Assembly: GCA_031409855.1 (NCBI GenBank)
Contig: JANNYA010000141.1
Coordinates: forward strand, 6,906-70,905
Source: Rhodanobacteraceae bacterium
GTDB lineage: Bacteria; Pseudomonadota; Gammaproteobacteria; Xanthomonadales; SZUA-5
Reading direction: 5' to 3'
Length of the DNA stretch: 64,000 nucleotides
Made by a program: the position numbers and the translations under genes
Shown here: positions 15,913-26,759 of the stretch, piece by piece
Layout: every line of letters starts with the position of its first letter
How positions within the stretch are numbered: the first letter of the stretch is position 1
The notes under the pieces: model-generated
The model's database searches: none
Told to the model about the DNA's origin: nothing
The model's input: the letters and a program-made list of their open reading frames with translations, nothing else

Positions 15913-18900
15913 ATGCGTATTAATTTGGCTAGATCAACGAAATTGTCTAGGCTTTTTGCCATCGGCCTTTTTCTAATTACCGCCCTAGGCTTCACGCATG
16001 GTGCGTTTGCGCAGCAGACTTTCACTAAAGCATTAATCGGTTCGGCGGGCCCTTATCAAACCGGGCAGAGCGTTACTTATCGCTTGCAGGGTTCGTGCAA
16101 TAACTTAATTACCGGGTGCGGCGCGCTGTCCATCACTGACACTTTGCCTGCGGGCTTGGTGCTTGGCGCATGTCCGACCTCAAGTTTCTTCGGCGGCGCG
16201 AACGGCTCAATCGTTTGCGGTGCAGGTACGATCACCTTAAATCGCAACGTGTATGCCGGTGGCGATTCTTACTCGATTGATGTGATTGTTCGGGTTGATC
16301 CAAGCATCACCGTTGCCACCAGCGGCATCGTCAACACGGCGACCGCGACGATTGCCGGGCCCATTAATACGCCGTCATCTGCCGCTCCGATTTCAGTCGC
16401 CGCGCCGACACCGCAATATCAGGTGCGCAAACAGCGCATTGACCCGAATACCGGTTTAGCCATTGCGCCGGGCACGGCGGTTACTTATCGGGTGCAGCTG
16501 TGTTCGTTGACCGGCACGGGCAATATGCCGATCAATAGCGCGACCTTGACGGATACCTTGCCGTCCACGACGCCTGCGCTGAGTGCTGCGAGCGTGGAAG
16601 TATTGGGTGGCGGTACTTTGGCGTTTCCCGATATTAGCTGGGTTATTCCAGCCGGCGATTTGACCACGCTGCATACCGGTACCGGCTGCGTCAGTCGCTC
16701 GTTTGTGGTGCGCTACCCGGCTGGCATCGCTATTGGCTCTGTAGTAACGAACACGATTAATGGCACGGTCACGCCGGTTGCGGGCGCAGCGCCAGTTTTG
16801 GGCGTCGGTACGCGTGTTGACACCATTGGTGCGCCAGTGCCCGCAGGTACTTCCAGTAAATCCGCGCCCGATGTCGCCCCCGGTACCGGTGATATCGTTT
16901 TTAGTATCAACGCGAATACCAATGGCGCAAATACGCGCGTCCCCAGCTTTGAAGTGGTGGATCGCCTGCCGGCAATACCCTTGGCGACCGGCCTGACCTT
17001 TGCTTCAGTTAGCAGCGGGCAGTGGAATTCCCCCACCGAAGGCAGCGTCACCAGCGACGTGCGCGCCACTATTCAATACACCACCGCCGCCGTGATGGCG
17101 GGCGTTTGCGATTTCACTATTGGCGTGCCCATTGCGACCAACATGGTCAGCCCAGGCGTGGCCGCCGTCTTTGCCGTGCCAGGCGTCATTCCAGCAAACG
17201 CCACCTGCATACGGTGGCAGTTTAGCGATGCGGGTGCTGGCGGCCCGAATACGCCGCGCAATTGGGCCTTCACGACCGCGCCGCAAGTGCGCTACAGCGT
17301 CAATGCGGCAACCGTGGTGCCACCGGGCACGGTGCAAAACTGCACCAACACCACCTTCACGGGCGCAGCCACGCCGCGTCCAGAGCAGTGTGTGAATGCG
17401 CGCGTTGAGCTTGCAACACCTTCGGTTGCGCCTGCGAAAAGCTTCAACCCAGCGACGACGTCACCCGGTGGCACGTTGGATATCACCATGAGCGCGAGCC
17501 ACGTCGCAAATGATTCCACTGCGCCATTGACCGGCATTATTTTGTCCGATTGGCTGCCGGTGCAGTTGGAGTTCGTTAGCTTTATTAGCTCCACCCCAGG
17601 TGGACAAGTGCTGCAAGTGACGCCGAACTTTGGCAGCACCGGCCGCACTTTGGTACGCGTGAGCTATCCGGCGCTATCCGTGCCGATCGGCAATGCCGGG
17701 CCGTCTGCCACTTTCCGGGTGCGCGTGCGTGAAGGCGTGTTGAGCAATCCAGCCTATGTCAATGATATGGCGGTGTTTATTGCGCCAGGGTCGTCAGGCG
17801 CATTTACTTGCCCGAACAACACACCGCCAATCGTGGATGTGAATGATCTGAACAATGACGGCAGCGCCACCGACTTACGCTGCTCAACAACCGCCAATTT
17901 TGCCGTCACTGATGCGTTTGTGTTGGGCGGGGAAAAATGGATTGAAGGCGATACAACTTTGCCAAATGTGGACGACCCAATTTTGGCGCCGATTGTTGCC
18001 GACAACACCAACTGCCCAGATTACGACAGCAATTTCGGTGGCCCAGCGTCGAACTTCACGCGTCTACCCTGCGTTGCGCAAACCCCGCACGGCGGCGCGT
18101 TCCGCTATAAATTGCGCCTGGCAAATGCGGGTAATCGTTTGCTGGAAGAATATGTCGCTTATGACACGATTCCTTTCATTGGCGATGTCGGTGTGGGTCA
18201 GCCTTTGTCCACCCAGCAGCGCGAAACCCGTTGGGTGCCAACGCTTGATGGCCCGATTACAGCTGCTGTGGTGGTGCCGCCGTTGATTCAGATTTTGTAT
18301 GCGCCGGGCACCTTCACAACGTATGCCGCTGACGCGCGCGTACAAGTGGAATACACGACCGATGGCAATTTCTGCCGCGGTGAAGTGCGAACCACCGATT
18401 TCGCACCCGCAGCCGTCGGCACACCGGCATTGATCAATTCCTATCCCGCAGGTTGCAACACCGCAGCGGTGTTTTCCACGACCGCACCGACGCCGATCAG
18501 CCTGACGCGCGGTTTCCGCATTCGTGCGTTCTCAACGTTGACGGCACCCGCCAGCACCATTGATTGGGTGCCTGGCACCTATATTGAGGTGAATATGCCG
18601 CTGCGCGCACCGGCTGTGGGTGCACCGCCCAGTTATGTCGGCGGCATCGCACCCAATGTTATTGCCAACGCTGGATTTTATAACCCCGCGTGGAACAGCT
18701 TCGCGCACCGCGTGTTCCGCGCTGCTGCTGTGGCAAATACCGATCTATTGCCAACCGCCGAGCCACCGAAAGTAGGCATCGTGTTGCCTGAGCGCTATCG
18801 TTTGGGTAACTTGGTGTGGTTGGACAATGGCGCTGGCAACGCGAGTTTGCGTAACAACGGCCTAGCCGATGTCAACGAGCCAGGAATCAATGGCGTCAAT

Positions 18901-21900
18901 GTGCGTCTGTGTCGCGATACCGATGGCACTGCGGGTGCTTCGGCGGGCGATACCGTGGTCGGCAACGTGCTGACCGCAACGCTTGGCGCTGAGCTGGGTA
19001 AATATCAATTCAACGATTTGGTACCTGCTGCTAACTATTATTTGGCGATCACCGATGCCGCGAATCAAGCGGTACTGAGCGGAATACGTTCCACTCTATT
19101 TGATGAGTTATTGCCGAATACCGATGCTGATAATACCGATAACGGCATAGGCATCAATGGCGCAGGCTTAGTTACGGCCTGCGGCGCGGGCGCGACCGGC
19201 TCGATCGTTTCCGGCTTAGTCACGTTGGGGCCAGTGAGTGCCACCGCAGTGGCACCAGAACCTACAAACGAAGTGCTACGAATTGGTGGTGTGGATGATG
19301 ATGCAGATGTGTTGTTCTTCGATCCAGCCTCAAACTTCAGCGTCGACTTTGGCTTTATTGAGCAAACTGATTTAGGCGACTTGCCTGACGCTGCAGCGGG
19401 AGTGGGCGCGGGCAATTATCAAACCTTGTTGGCAGATGGTGGTGCGGTACACCCAATATTAAACGCCACGCGTTTGGGCGCGACGGTGGACGCCGAACTC
19501 AATGGGCAACCGAACGTTGCCGCTGATTTGGATGACACGACCGGTGTGCCGGACGATGAAAATGGTGTTGCAGTGGCTGATTTGACTCAGTTTGAAACCA
19601 TCGCCGCACCGGTCGCTGTGACTTATACCGCAGCCAATGCGAGCCGAATTTGCGGCTTTATTGACTACAACAACGACGGCGCTTTCACCGGTGTTGAATT
19701 GGCACAGGCGGATGTTTTAGCCGGTGCCAGCACCGTAACGTTGAACTTTGGCCCTGTGCCCGCAGCAAGTGCAGGCAATCGCTATGCGCGTTTCCGCATT
19801 AGTTCCGGTGCAGCGGCCTGTTTGGCGTCCGGCTCAGCACTCGATGGCGAAGTCGAAGATTATGTCGTGCAAGTATTTAATGCCGCAGATTTTGGTGATT
19901 TACCGGATACCGCAGTCGGCAACTCGACCGGTAACTACAACACCACGCGCCTAGACAATGGTGCTGGGCACGTGCTGCGCGATGGCTTGCGTATGGGTGC
20001 TTGTAATGATGCGGAAACGAATGGTCAGCCATTGATCGGCGCGAATGGTGATGACACCGCCGCAGGTGTAATCACACAAGGTACCTGTGCACTAGCGAAC
20101 GACGACGAAGATGGCATCAATATCGCTGATTTGATCACCAACGTCGGCAACCCGGCAGTGGTGCGCGTCACCGCCACCAATACGGTTGGCGTGCCCGCGC
20201 AAATTTGCGGCTTCTATGACTTCAACGCCGATGGCGATTTTGCTGACGCAGGTGAATTGGCCGCCGCCGTGCCGGTGCCGACCGGCAGCAATGGTGTGGT
20301 GTTCAACGTTAGCTTTGGCACCGTGCCGGTAACCGCCGCGCCGAGCAGCTATGCGCGCTTTCGTTTGTCCTCAACAATTGCCGCGTGTGCGCCAACGGGG
20401 TTGTTGACCGACGGTGAAGTCGAAGACTATGTCGCAGGCTTAAATATTGTTGATCGCGGCGATTTGCCGGACACCGGCCCAGGTGTTGGCATCGGTAACT
20501 ACCGCACTTTGATTGCGGACGGCGGCGCATCGCATCCAATCATCAGCACCTTGTTCATGGGCGCGGTTAATGACGGTGAAGCCGATGGTCAACCGAATGC
20601 AACCGCCGCCGGTGATGATGTTGCGGGCGTCGATGATGAAGACGGCGTGGACGTATCGACGCTGCAGTTTATTGTCGGCCAGCCGCGCACGGTGGCAGTG
20701 CGCGCCACCAACACCAGCGGCGCTGATGCGCGCTTGTGCGGCTTTGTCGATTTCAACGGTGACGGTCAGTTTGCTGTAGGCACTGAAACGGCCTCGGCTA
20801 CGGTGCCGACCGGCAGCAACAACGCGTTGTTTAATCTGGCTTACACCAAGCCGCTGAACTCGCCTTCCGGGAACACCTACGCACGCTTCCGCCTAAGTTC
20901 CGACGTGGCGGGTGCTTGCGCCGATGCCGGCCCTGCCAGCAACGGTGAAGTCGAAGATTATGTCGCCGGTTTGCGCCGCATTGACTTGGGTGATTTGCCT
21001 GATACCGCAGCAGGTACTGCAGCCGTGAACTACAACACGCTGGTATCTGACAACGGTGCGCAGCACGATATCGTCACCGGTTTGTTCATGGGGGTGTTGG
21101 TTGACAACGAAGCCGACGGTCAACCGAATGCCACCGCCGATGGCGATGACACCACCGGCACTACCGATGACGAAGACGGCATCAACGCGGCAGATTTAAC
21201 GATTAACGTTGGTAACACCGCAACCGTGCGTGCCACCGCGACCAATACCACGGGCGGCGCTGCGCAAATATGTGGCTTTGTCGACTTCAATGCCGATGGC
21301 GATTTCTTGGATGTGGGTGAAAGTGCACCGGCGGTATCGGTGCCGACCGGCAGCACGGGCGTCGTATTCCCGCTCAGCTTTGGCTCGGTGGCACCGACAG
21401 CGGCGACGGTTAGCTATGCCCGGTTCCGCATTTCCAACACCATCGCGGCTTGCTCATCCTTGGGCGCTTTGGCAACCGGCGAAGTGGAAGATTACCGCGT
21501 CACGCTCAACAGTTCAGATCGCGGCGATTTGCCGGATACCGGTGCTGGCGTGGGCGTGGGCAATTACCGCACCCTGCTTGCCGATGGCGGTCCATCACAT
21601 CCGATCGTGACGGGTTTGCGCATGGGCACATTGAATGACGGCGAAGGCGATGGCCAGCAAGATGCCGCCGCCAACGGCGATGACGCAGCAGGCGTGGATG
21701 ACGAAGACGGCGTCGACATTACGACATTGCAATTCATTGTCGGGCAACCGAGAGTGGTCAATGTCACCGCGACCAATACCACCGCAAGCGCCGCACGAAT
21801 CTGTGCCTTCATTGACTTCAACCGCGATGGCGCGTTTACGCCTGGCACTGAAGTTCAAGAAGTAGCTGTGCCCGCCGCAAGTAATAACGTCGTGTTCGCG

Positions 21901-24102
21901 TTGAACTTTACCAAGCCGCTGAGTTCACCCTCGGGCAATACCTACGCGCGCTTCCGTTTGAGTACGGATATCGCTGGTGCCTGTGCTGATGGCGGTGTCG
22001 CGACGAACGGTGAAGTCGAAGACTACGTTGCTGGTTTGCGCCGCATCGACTTGGGCGATTTGCCTGATACCGGCGCCGGGGTTGGTGTCGGGAACTACAG
22101 CACTTTGGTGGCCAATTTGGGTGCGCAACACGATATCGTGCCGGGTTTGTTTATGGGCGCATCGGTTGACAATGAAGCGGATGGTCAACCGAACGCGACT
22201 GCCTTAGGCGATGACAGTACCGGCATTCCTGACGACGAAGATGGCGTCAATATTGCTGATTTGACCAATGTGCAAGCGTTGGCGGTCACCAATGTGCGCG
22301 TCACGGCAACGAATACAACAACAGCGGCAGCGAAAATTTGCGGCTTTGTTGATTTCAACGCCGATGGTGACTTCCTTGACGTCGGTGAAAGTGCGACGCA
22401 AGCGGTACCCGTGGCAAGCAACAATGCCGTCGTTACCCTAGCTTTTGGTGCAGTCGTACCGAGCGGTCCACGTAGCTCTTACGCACGCTATCGCATCAGT
22501 ACGTCTACCGCTGCCTGCAGCGCAGACGGCGCGCTGGTGGATGGCGAAGTCGAAGATTATGTCGTCAGCTTCCAAGAATATGACTTTGGCGATTTGCCAG
22601 ACGCAGCAGCGGGCACAGGCATCGGCAATTATCAAACCCTGTTTGGCGACAATGGCGCGGCGCACGGCATTATTGCGGGCCTGCGTATCGGTGCGGTGGA
22701 AGACGCTGAACTCGTCGGCCAACCGAATATTGCCGCGACCGGTGATGACAATGTCGGCACCCCCGATGATGAAGACGGTGTCACTGTGCGGCCGCAATAT
22801 TTCGCGGGCAGCCCAAGCACCACGCCAGCAGTCGTGACCAACACGACCGGCCGAGCCGCAACGTTATGTGGATTTATCGACTGGAACGGTGATGGCGACT
22901 TTGGCGATGCCAATGAAGCCGCGACCTTAGCTGTTCCGACCGCTAGCACCAATGTGTCGCTGTTACTTAATTTTGGCGTCGTGCCGGTGGGTGGCGCGGG
23001 TTCGACCTATGGCCGCTTCCGCTTATCGACGGTGCCGGGCTGTGTGGCCGGTGGTTTAGTGGCGGACGGTGAAGTCGAGGATTACGCGATCTCAGTCGGC
23101 ATCGGCGCGATGAGCTTGGGTAATTTGGTTTGGGAAGATTTGAACAACAATGGTGTGGTCAACGCAGGCGAGCCGGGCATTGTTGGCGTGCCGGTGAACT
23201 TGTTCATTGACGCTGATAACAATGGTGTGCCAGATGGTGCGGCGATTCAAACGCAAAACACCAATGGTACGGGCAACTATTTGTTCATCAATCTGCGTCC
23301 AAATACCTATCTGGTAGAAATCACGCCACCGGTGCAGTACACCGTTTCGACCGGTACCGGGCGTCGGTATTTGCCGCTTGGGCCGTATGAGCCTGCACCG
23401 GATCCTGATAACGATCTCAATAATGACGACAACGGCACCATCAATGCAGTCGTAAACTATCGTTCCTTTCCGGTGACTCTAGTCGCAAAAAGCGAGCCGA
23501 TTGATGACGGTGACAGTGATTTTGATTCCAATCTGAGTGTCGACTTTGGTTTGTTGACTAACTTCGATTTGGCTTTGCGTAAAACCTTGGCGGTGGGCCA
23601 ACCGGTGAATGTTTCCGGTGGCAATGTGCGCTTCACCATCACTGTGTTTAATCAGGGCTCCATTACTGCGGCCAATATTCAAGTGACCGACACCATTCCA
23701 AGTGGTTTGGCACTAAATGATCCGACGTGGACAATGGTGGGCGCAAATCAAGCGCGCCGCACGATTGCCGGGCCGCTGGCGCCTGGCGCGAGTATTCAGC
23801 TAGACATCGTGATGAGTGTTAACGGCTCGTCGGGATTGCTTATCAATACCGCCGAAATTTCAGAGGCTACGGACGGCGCAGGTAACCCACGAATCGACAA
23901 GGATTCCGATCCCGACGGTAATCCTGGTAACGATGGCAATCCGATTGATGATGAAACCGGCAATGGTGGCAACGATGAAGATGACGCGGATTTTGCCCAA
24001 GTCGTCATAAACATTGCCGTCCCCGCACTAAGCCCGTTTGCATTAATGCTGCTAATGCTTGGCATGGTTTGGATGAGCCGTCGGCGTATAGGCGCTGCCT
24101 GA
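15913..24102 (+). CDS. Giant secreted surface/adhesin-like protein: DUF11-like repeats, SdrD-B-like domains, seven GEVED-type repeats, IPTL-CTERM-like tail
   Basis: 2729 aa. Signal peptide ...FLITALGFTHGAFAQQ. Two LGNLVW.D.N.NG....EPG..GV.V.L domains (nt about 18790-19060 and 23110-23340). Seven ...GEVEDY units. DLALRKT...V.F.ITV.N.G...A..I.V.D.IP (DUF11-like). C-terminus IAVPALSPFALMLLMLGMVWMSRRRIGAA. Confidence 0.85.
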   Translation: MRINLARSTKLSRLFAIGLFLITALGFTHGAFAQQTFTKALIGSAGPYQTGQSVTYRLQGSCNNLITGCGALSITDTLPAGLVLGACPTSSFFGGANGSIVCGAGTITLNRNVYAGGDSYSIDVIVRVDPSITVATSGIVNTATATIAGPINTPSSAAPISVAAPTPQYQVRKQRIDPNTGLAIAPGTAVTYRVQLCSLTGTGNMPINSATLTDTLPSTTPALSAASVEVLGGGTLAFPDISWVIPAGDLTTLHTGTGCVSRSFVVRYPAGIAIGSVVTNTINGTVTPVAGAAPVLGVGTRVDTIGAPVPAGTSSKSAPDVAPGTGDIVFSINANTNGANTRVPSFEVVDRLPAIPLATGLTFASVSSGQWNSPTEGSVTSDVRATIQYTTAAVMAGVCDFTIGVPIATNMVSPGVAAVFAVPGVIPANATCIRWQFSDAGAGGPNTPRNWAFTTAPQVRYSVNAATVVPPGTVQNCTNTTFTGAATPRPEQCVNARVELATPSVAPAKSFNPATTSPGGTLDITMSASHVANDSTAPLTGIILSDWLPVQLEFVSFISSTPGGQVLQVTPNFGSTGRTLVRVSYPALSVPIGNAGPSATFRVRVREGVLSNPAYVNDMAVFIAPGSSGAFTCPNNTPPIVDVNDLNNDGSATDLRCSTTANFAVTDAFVLGGEKWIEGDTTLPNVDDPILAPIVADNTNCPDYDSNFGGPASNFTRLPCVAQTPHGGAFRYKLRLANAGNRLLEEYVAYDTIPFIGDVGVGQPLSTQQRETRWVPTLDGPITAAVVVPPLIQILYAPGTFTTYAADARVQVEYTTDGNFCRGEVRTTDFAPAAVGTPALINSYPAGCNTAAVFSTTAPTPISLTRGFRIRAFSTLTAPASTIDWVPGTYIEVNMPLRAPAVGAPPSYVGGIAPNVIANAGFYNPAWNSFAHRVFRAAAVANTDLLPTAEPPKVGIVLPERYRLGNLVWLDNGAGNASLRNNGLADVNEPGINGVNVRLCRDTDGTAGASAGDTVVGNVLTATLGAELGKYQFNDLVPAANYYLAITDAANQAVLSGIRSTLFDELLPNTDADNTDNGIGINGAGLVTACGAGATGSIVSGLVTLGPVSATAVAPEPTNEVLRIGGVDDDADVLFFDPASNFSVDFGFIEQTDLGDLPDAAAGVGAGNYQTLLADGGAVHPILNATRLGATVDAELNGQPNVAADLDDTTGVPDDENGVAVADLTQFETIAAPVAVTYTAANASRICGFIDYNNDGAFTGVELAQADVLAGASTVTLNFGPVPAASAGNRYARFRISSGAAACLASGSALDGEVEDYVVQVFNAADFGDLPDTAVGNSTGNYNTTRLDNGAGHVLRDGLRMGACNDAETNGQPLIGANGDDTAAGVITQGTCALANDDEDGINIADLITNVGNPAVVRVTATNTVGVPAQICGFYDFNADGDFADAGELAAAVPVPTGSNGVVFNVSFGTVPVTAAPSSYARFRLSSTIAACAPTGLLTDGEVEDYVAGLNIVDRGDLPDTGPGVGIGNYRTLIADGGASHPIISTLFMGAVNDGEADGQPNATAAGDDVAGVDDEDGVDVSTLQFIVGQPRTVAVRATNTSGADARLCGFVDFNGDGQFAVGTETASATVPTGSNNALFNLAYTKPLNSPSGNTYARFRLSSDVAGACADAGPASNGEVEDYVAGLRRIDLGDLPDTAAGTAAVNYNTLVSDNGAQHDIVTGLFMGVLVDNEADGQPNATADGDDTTGTTDDEDGINAADLTINVGNTATVRATATNTTGGAAQICGFVDFNADGDFLDVGESAPAVSVPTGSTGVVFPLSFGSVAPTAATVSYARFRISNTIAACSSLGALATGEVEDYRVTLNSSDRGDLPDTGAGVGVGNYRTLLADGGPSHPIVTGLRMGTLNDGEGDGQQDAAANGDDAAGVDDEDGVDITTLQFIVGQPRVVNVTATNTTASAARICAFIDFNRDGAFTPGTEVQEVAVPAASNNVVFALNFTKPLSSPSGNTYARFRLSTDIAGACADGGVATNGEVEDYVAGLRRIDLGDLPDTGAGVGVGNYSTLVANLGAQHDIVPGLFMGASVDNEADGQPNATALGDDSTGIPDDEDGVNIADLTNVQALAVTNVRVTATNTTTAAAKICGFVDFNADGDFLDVGESATQAVPVASNNAVVTLAFGAVVPSGPRSSYARYRISTSTAACSADGALVDGEVEDYVVSFQEYDFGDLPDAAAGTGIGNYQTLFGDNGAAHGIIAGLRIGAVEDAELVGQPNIAATGDDNVGTPDDEDGVTVRPQYFAGSPSTTPAVVTNTTGRAATLCGFIDWNGDGDFGDANEAATLAVPTASTNVSLLLNFGVVPVGGAGSTYGRFRLSTVPGCVAGGLVADGEVEDYAISVGIGAMSLGNLVWEDLNNNGVVNAGEPGIVGVPVNLFIDADNNGVPDGAAIQTQNTNGTGNYLFINLRPNTYLVEITPPVQYTVSTGTGRRYLPLGPYEPAPDPDNDLNNDDNGTINAVVNYRSFPVTLVAKSEPIDDGDSDFDSNLSVDFGLLTNFDLALRKTLAVGQPVNVSGGNVRFTITVFNQGSITAANIQVTDTIPSGLALNDPTWTMVGANQARRTIAGPLAPGASIQLDIVMSVNGSSGLLINTAEISEATDGAGNPRIDKDSDPDGNPGNDGNPIDDETGNGGNDEDDADFAQVVINIAVPALSPFALMLLMLGMVWMSRRRIGAA
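19369..23085 (+). repeat. Intragenic tandem array of 7 units (504-564 bp, 168-188 aa), each starting D(L/F/R)GDLPD and ending GEVEDY; units 3+4 and 5+6 form a 1065-bp higher-order repeat
   Basis: Unit starts read at 19369, 19888, 20452, 20983, 21517, 22048 and 22582. Block 20452-21516 is colinear with block 21517-22581. Confidence 0.85.
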
Positions 24103-24117
24103 TCAATAAGCTCAAGT

Positions 24118-24147
24118 GAAAAAACGGCCTTCGGGCCGTTTTTTTTG
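24118..24147 (+). terminator. Rho-independent terminator of the adhesin gene
   Basis: acggcc-ttcg-ggccgt followed by tttttttt. Confidence 0.85.
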
Positions 24148-24193
24148 CCGCTGGGATTTTGTCGACAGCACTCCGTTTATTAGCGCCTATGAC

Positions 24194-25366
24194 TTAGACC
24201 GCAAAGTCTGACAATCCGACCGCTTGAATATTTGTGCTAAGCGGAAATGCATTCGCAGTGCGACATAACACCTGAGCGCGCCGCACGTGAGGCTCGCCTA
24301 ATTCGGTCATCACTGATTTGAGCGCACGAATGTCGCGCTGGTCGGGGTGTTCGCGCCATTTGGCTTCAAAAAGCTCAAAGCTACCGGCACGATCCACCAT
24401 AAAGTCCACTTCCTTGTTGCGATCACGCCAGAACATTAAATCCGAGCCACCATATTTTAGCGTTTGCGCACGCCTTAGCTCGCTGTGGCAGAGCGTCTCC
24501 CAAAAGGCACCAATGAGCGGTGTGGTTTCGAAATCGTTGGCACTGCGTACACCACACAAAAAGGCTGCGAGCCCAACATCACTAAAATAGGCTTTGGGCA
24601 TTTTTACCAAGCGCTTTGTGGCGTTGTTAAACCAGGGCTCGAGTAAGTGAATCACCCCGGCTGCTTTTAGGGCGCTGAGCCATTGCCCAATCGTGGATGT
24701 TGCAACACCGACATCGCGCGCCAGTTCGGTTTGGTTCAATAAATTGGCCCCGCGTAGGGCTAAAGCACGCATAAAGCGCTCGTAGTCACGCAGCTGAGTT
24801 ACCAAAAGCAGTTGCCGTAAATCGCGCTCTAAAAAAGTTGCGACGTAACTTTGCATCCACGCTGCGGGGGCAAGCGCAGGATTGGCATAGAGCTCTGGAA
24901 ATCCGCCCCGCTGCAAGCGTTCGTGTATGGGCATATTCGGCGCTACGCGATCAATTTCAATTTGGGTCAGGCCCTCAATTTCAATAATCTGTACCCGGCC
25001 TGCGAGCGAATCTGAAACCGATTGCATCAGCCCGAATCTTTGTGAGCCCGACAAAATAAACTGCCCCGGCTTGCGATCAGCGTCAATGGCGAATTTCAGA
25101 TGCCGGAACAGCCCAGGCGCGTATTGCACCTCATCAATAATCACGGGTGCCGGATGCGCGCGCAAAAAGGCTTCGGGGTCATTTTCTGCTTGTGCTGCGG
25201 CTGATGGCAAGTCAAGTGAAACGTAGTGGTGTTCAGGAAAGGTATTACGCGCAAGCGCGGTCTTTCCAGTCTGACGTATGCCAGTGAGCACAAGCGCCGG
25301 GCGCATCGCCGCAACTTGTTGTAAATACAAAGAAATATCACGAGAAATCCACATCCTGCAAATCAT
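24194..25366 (-). CDS. AAA+ ATPase of the AAA_14 / DUF4143 type
   Basis: 390 aa. Walker A LTGIRQTGKTAL and Walker-B-like VIIDEVQ. The C-terminal part has a wHTH-like stretch (LNQTELARDVGVATSTIGQWL) and a DUF4143-like end, as I remember this family. Confidence 0.7.
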   Translation of the reverse strand: MICRMWISRDISLYLQQVAAMRPALVLTGIRQTGKTALARNTFPEHHYVSLDLPSAAAQAENDPEAFLRAHPAPVIIDEVQYAPGLFRHLKFAIDADRKPGQFILSGSQRFGLMQSVSDSLAGRVQIIEIEGLTQIEIDRVAPNMPIHERLQRGGFPELYANPALAPAAWMQSYVATFLERDLRQLLLVTQLRDYERFMRALALRGANLLNQTELARDVGVATSTIGQWLSALKAAGVIHLLEPWFNNATKRLVKMPKAYFSDVGLAAFLCGVRSANDFETTPLIGAFWETLCHSELRRAQTLKYGGSDLMFWRDRNKEVDFMVDRAGSFELFEAKWREHPDQRDIRALKSVMTELGEPHVRRAQVLCRTANAFPLSTNIQAVGLSDFAV

Positions 25367-25475
25367 ACGCTTGCGTCGAACGATTTGCAGTATTTAAATT
25401 TCACGTGTTAATTATCGTTGTATAACAACCGCTTATATCGTAATAAGATCACCGTATTGAGGCACTGTTAAATGT

Positions 25476-26759
25476 TCACTCACTCAACAAAGACTCTGCG
25501 ATCACCTGCGTTCCTATTAACTCCACACGAATCGCGGCGACCGCGCGGCGCGCTTTTTCGCGCGCGCTAAATAAGCTGTCGCCGCGCGCTAAAGCCACAC
25601 CTAAGCGGCGCTTGCCGGACACACTGGGCTTGCCGAACAGGCGTAAATCAGTGTCGGGCTCGCTAAGTGCGCGATTGATTCCGTAAAACGTCGGTGCGTG
25701 GCCTTCGCCTTCGGCTAACAGGGCTGCAGACGCACTTGCGCCGAGCTGACGAATCGCTGGGATCGGCAGGCCAACAATGGCGCGCATGTGCAAATCGAAC
25801 TGCGATAAGTCTTGTGAGATGAGTGTCACTAGGCCAGTGTCGTGCGGGCGCGGTGACACTTCGGAGAACAGCACTTCATCACCGCGCACGAATAGCTCAA
25901 CGCCAAATACGCCTGCGCCGCCTAAATTGTCGGTGATCGCTTTTGCGATGTCCTGAGCGCGGTTGAGTGCCAGTGCGCTCATCGGTTGGGGCTGCCAAGA
26001 CTCGCGATAGTCGCCGTCCTCTTGGAAATGCCCGATCGGCTCACAAAAATGGGTGCCGCCGACGTGGCGAATAGTCAACAGCGTAATCTCAAAATCAAAC
26101 GGTACAAATGCCTCGACGATCACGCGTGCCGCTGCGTTTGTGCTGGCGCGCCCGCCGGATTGCGCGTAGTCCCACGCGGGATCAATTTGCGCCGCAGTGC
26201 GCACCACGCTTTGGCCCTTGCCGGAGCTACTCATCAGCGGCTTGACTACGCAGGGCAGGGCGAGCCTAGCAATGGCCGCATGAAATTCTGCTTGCGTATC
26301 GACAAACTCAAATTTTGAGGTCGCCAGCCCTAAGGTATCCGCCGCCAAGCGCCGTATCCCTTCGCGATCCATCGTTAGCTGCGCCGCCCGTGCGGTTGGC
26401 ACGACGCGAAGCACGCGGCCATCCGGCCAGATGTGGCCTTCGAGCGCAAGCAAAGTTTGTGTGTGGATCGCCTCGATTTCCGGCACCACCCAATCGGGCT
26501 GCTCAGTTTCAATCACTGCGCGTAAGCTTGTCGCATCCAACATACTAATGACATGCGCGCGATGGGCAACGTGCATCGCGGGTGCGCCGTCGTAACGATC
26601 AACAGCGATCACTTCAAACCCTAAACGTTGCGCTGCGATGGTTAGTTCTTTGCCAAGCTCACCTGCACCGAGCAACATGATTTTTTGCGCGCTGGCTGTT
26701 TGCGCGGTGCCAAAGGCATCACCGGCCGGTGTATTAGCAAATTCTTGGTTAGCGGGCAT
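25476..26759 (-). CDS. purT: Formate-dependent phosphoribosylglycinamide formyltransferase (GAR transformylase 2)
   Basis: Colinear with E. coli PurT: [69 protein letters not shown]...[12 protein letters not shown] at 26759 chosen. The track's 26822 start adds an unlikely extension. Confidence 0.9.
   Translation of the reverse strand: MPANQEFANTPAGDAFGTAQTASAQKIMLLGAGELGKELTIAAQRLGFEVIAVDRYDGAPAMHVAHRAHVISMLDATSLRAVIETEQPDWVVPEIEAIHTQTLLALEGHIWPDGRVLRVVPTARAAQLTMDREGIRRLAADTLGLATSKFEFVDTQAEFHAAIARLALPCVVKPLMSSSGKGQSVVRTAAQIDPAWDYAQSGGRASTNAAARVIVEAFVPFDFEITLLTIRHVGGTHFCEPIGHFQEDGDYRESWQPQPMSALALNRAQDIAKAITDNLGGAGVFGVELFVRGDEVLFSEVSPRPHDTGLVTLISQDLSQFDLHMRAIVGLPIPAIRQLGASASAALLAEGEGHAPTFYGINRALSEPDTDLRLFGKPSVSGKRRLGVALARGDSLFSAREKARRAVAAIRVELIGTQVIAESLLSE

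Noticed and set aside
16456-24065. Dozens of 60-143-aa ORFs on both strands inside the adhesin gene.
   Set aside because: All lie within one uninterrupted 8.2-kb ORF with a signal peptide, domain structure and sorting tail. GC-rich repetitive DNA commonly yields open alternative frames.
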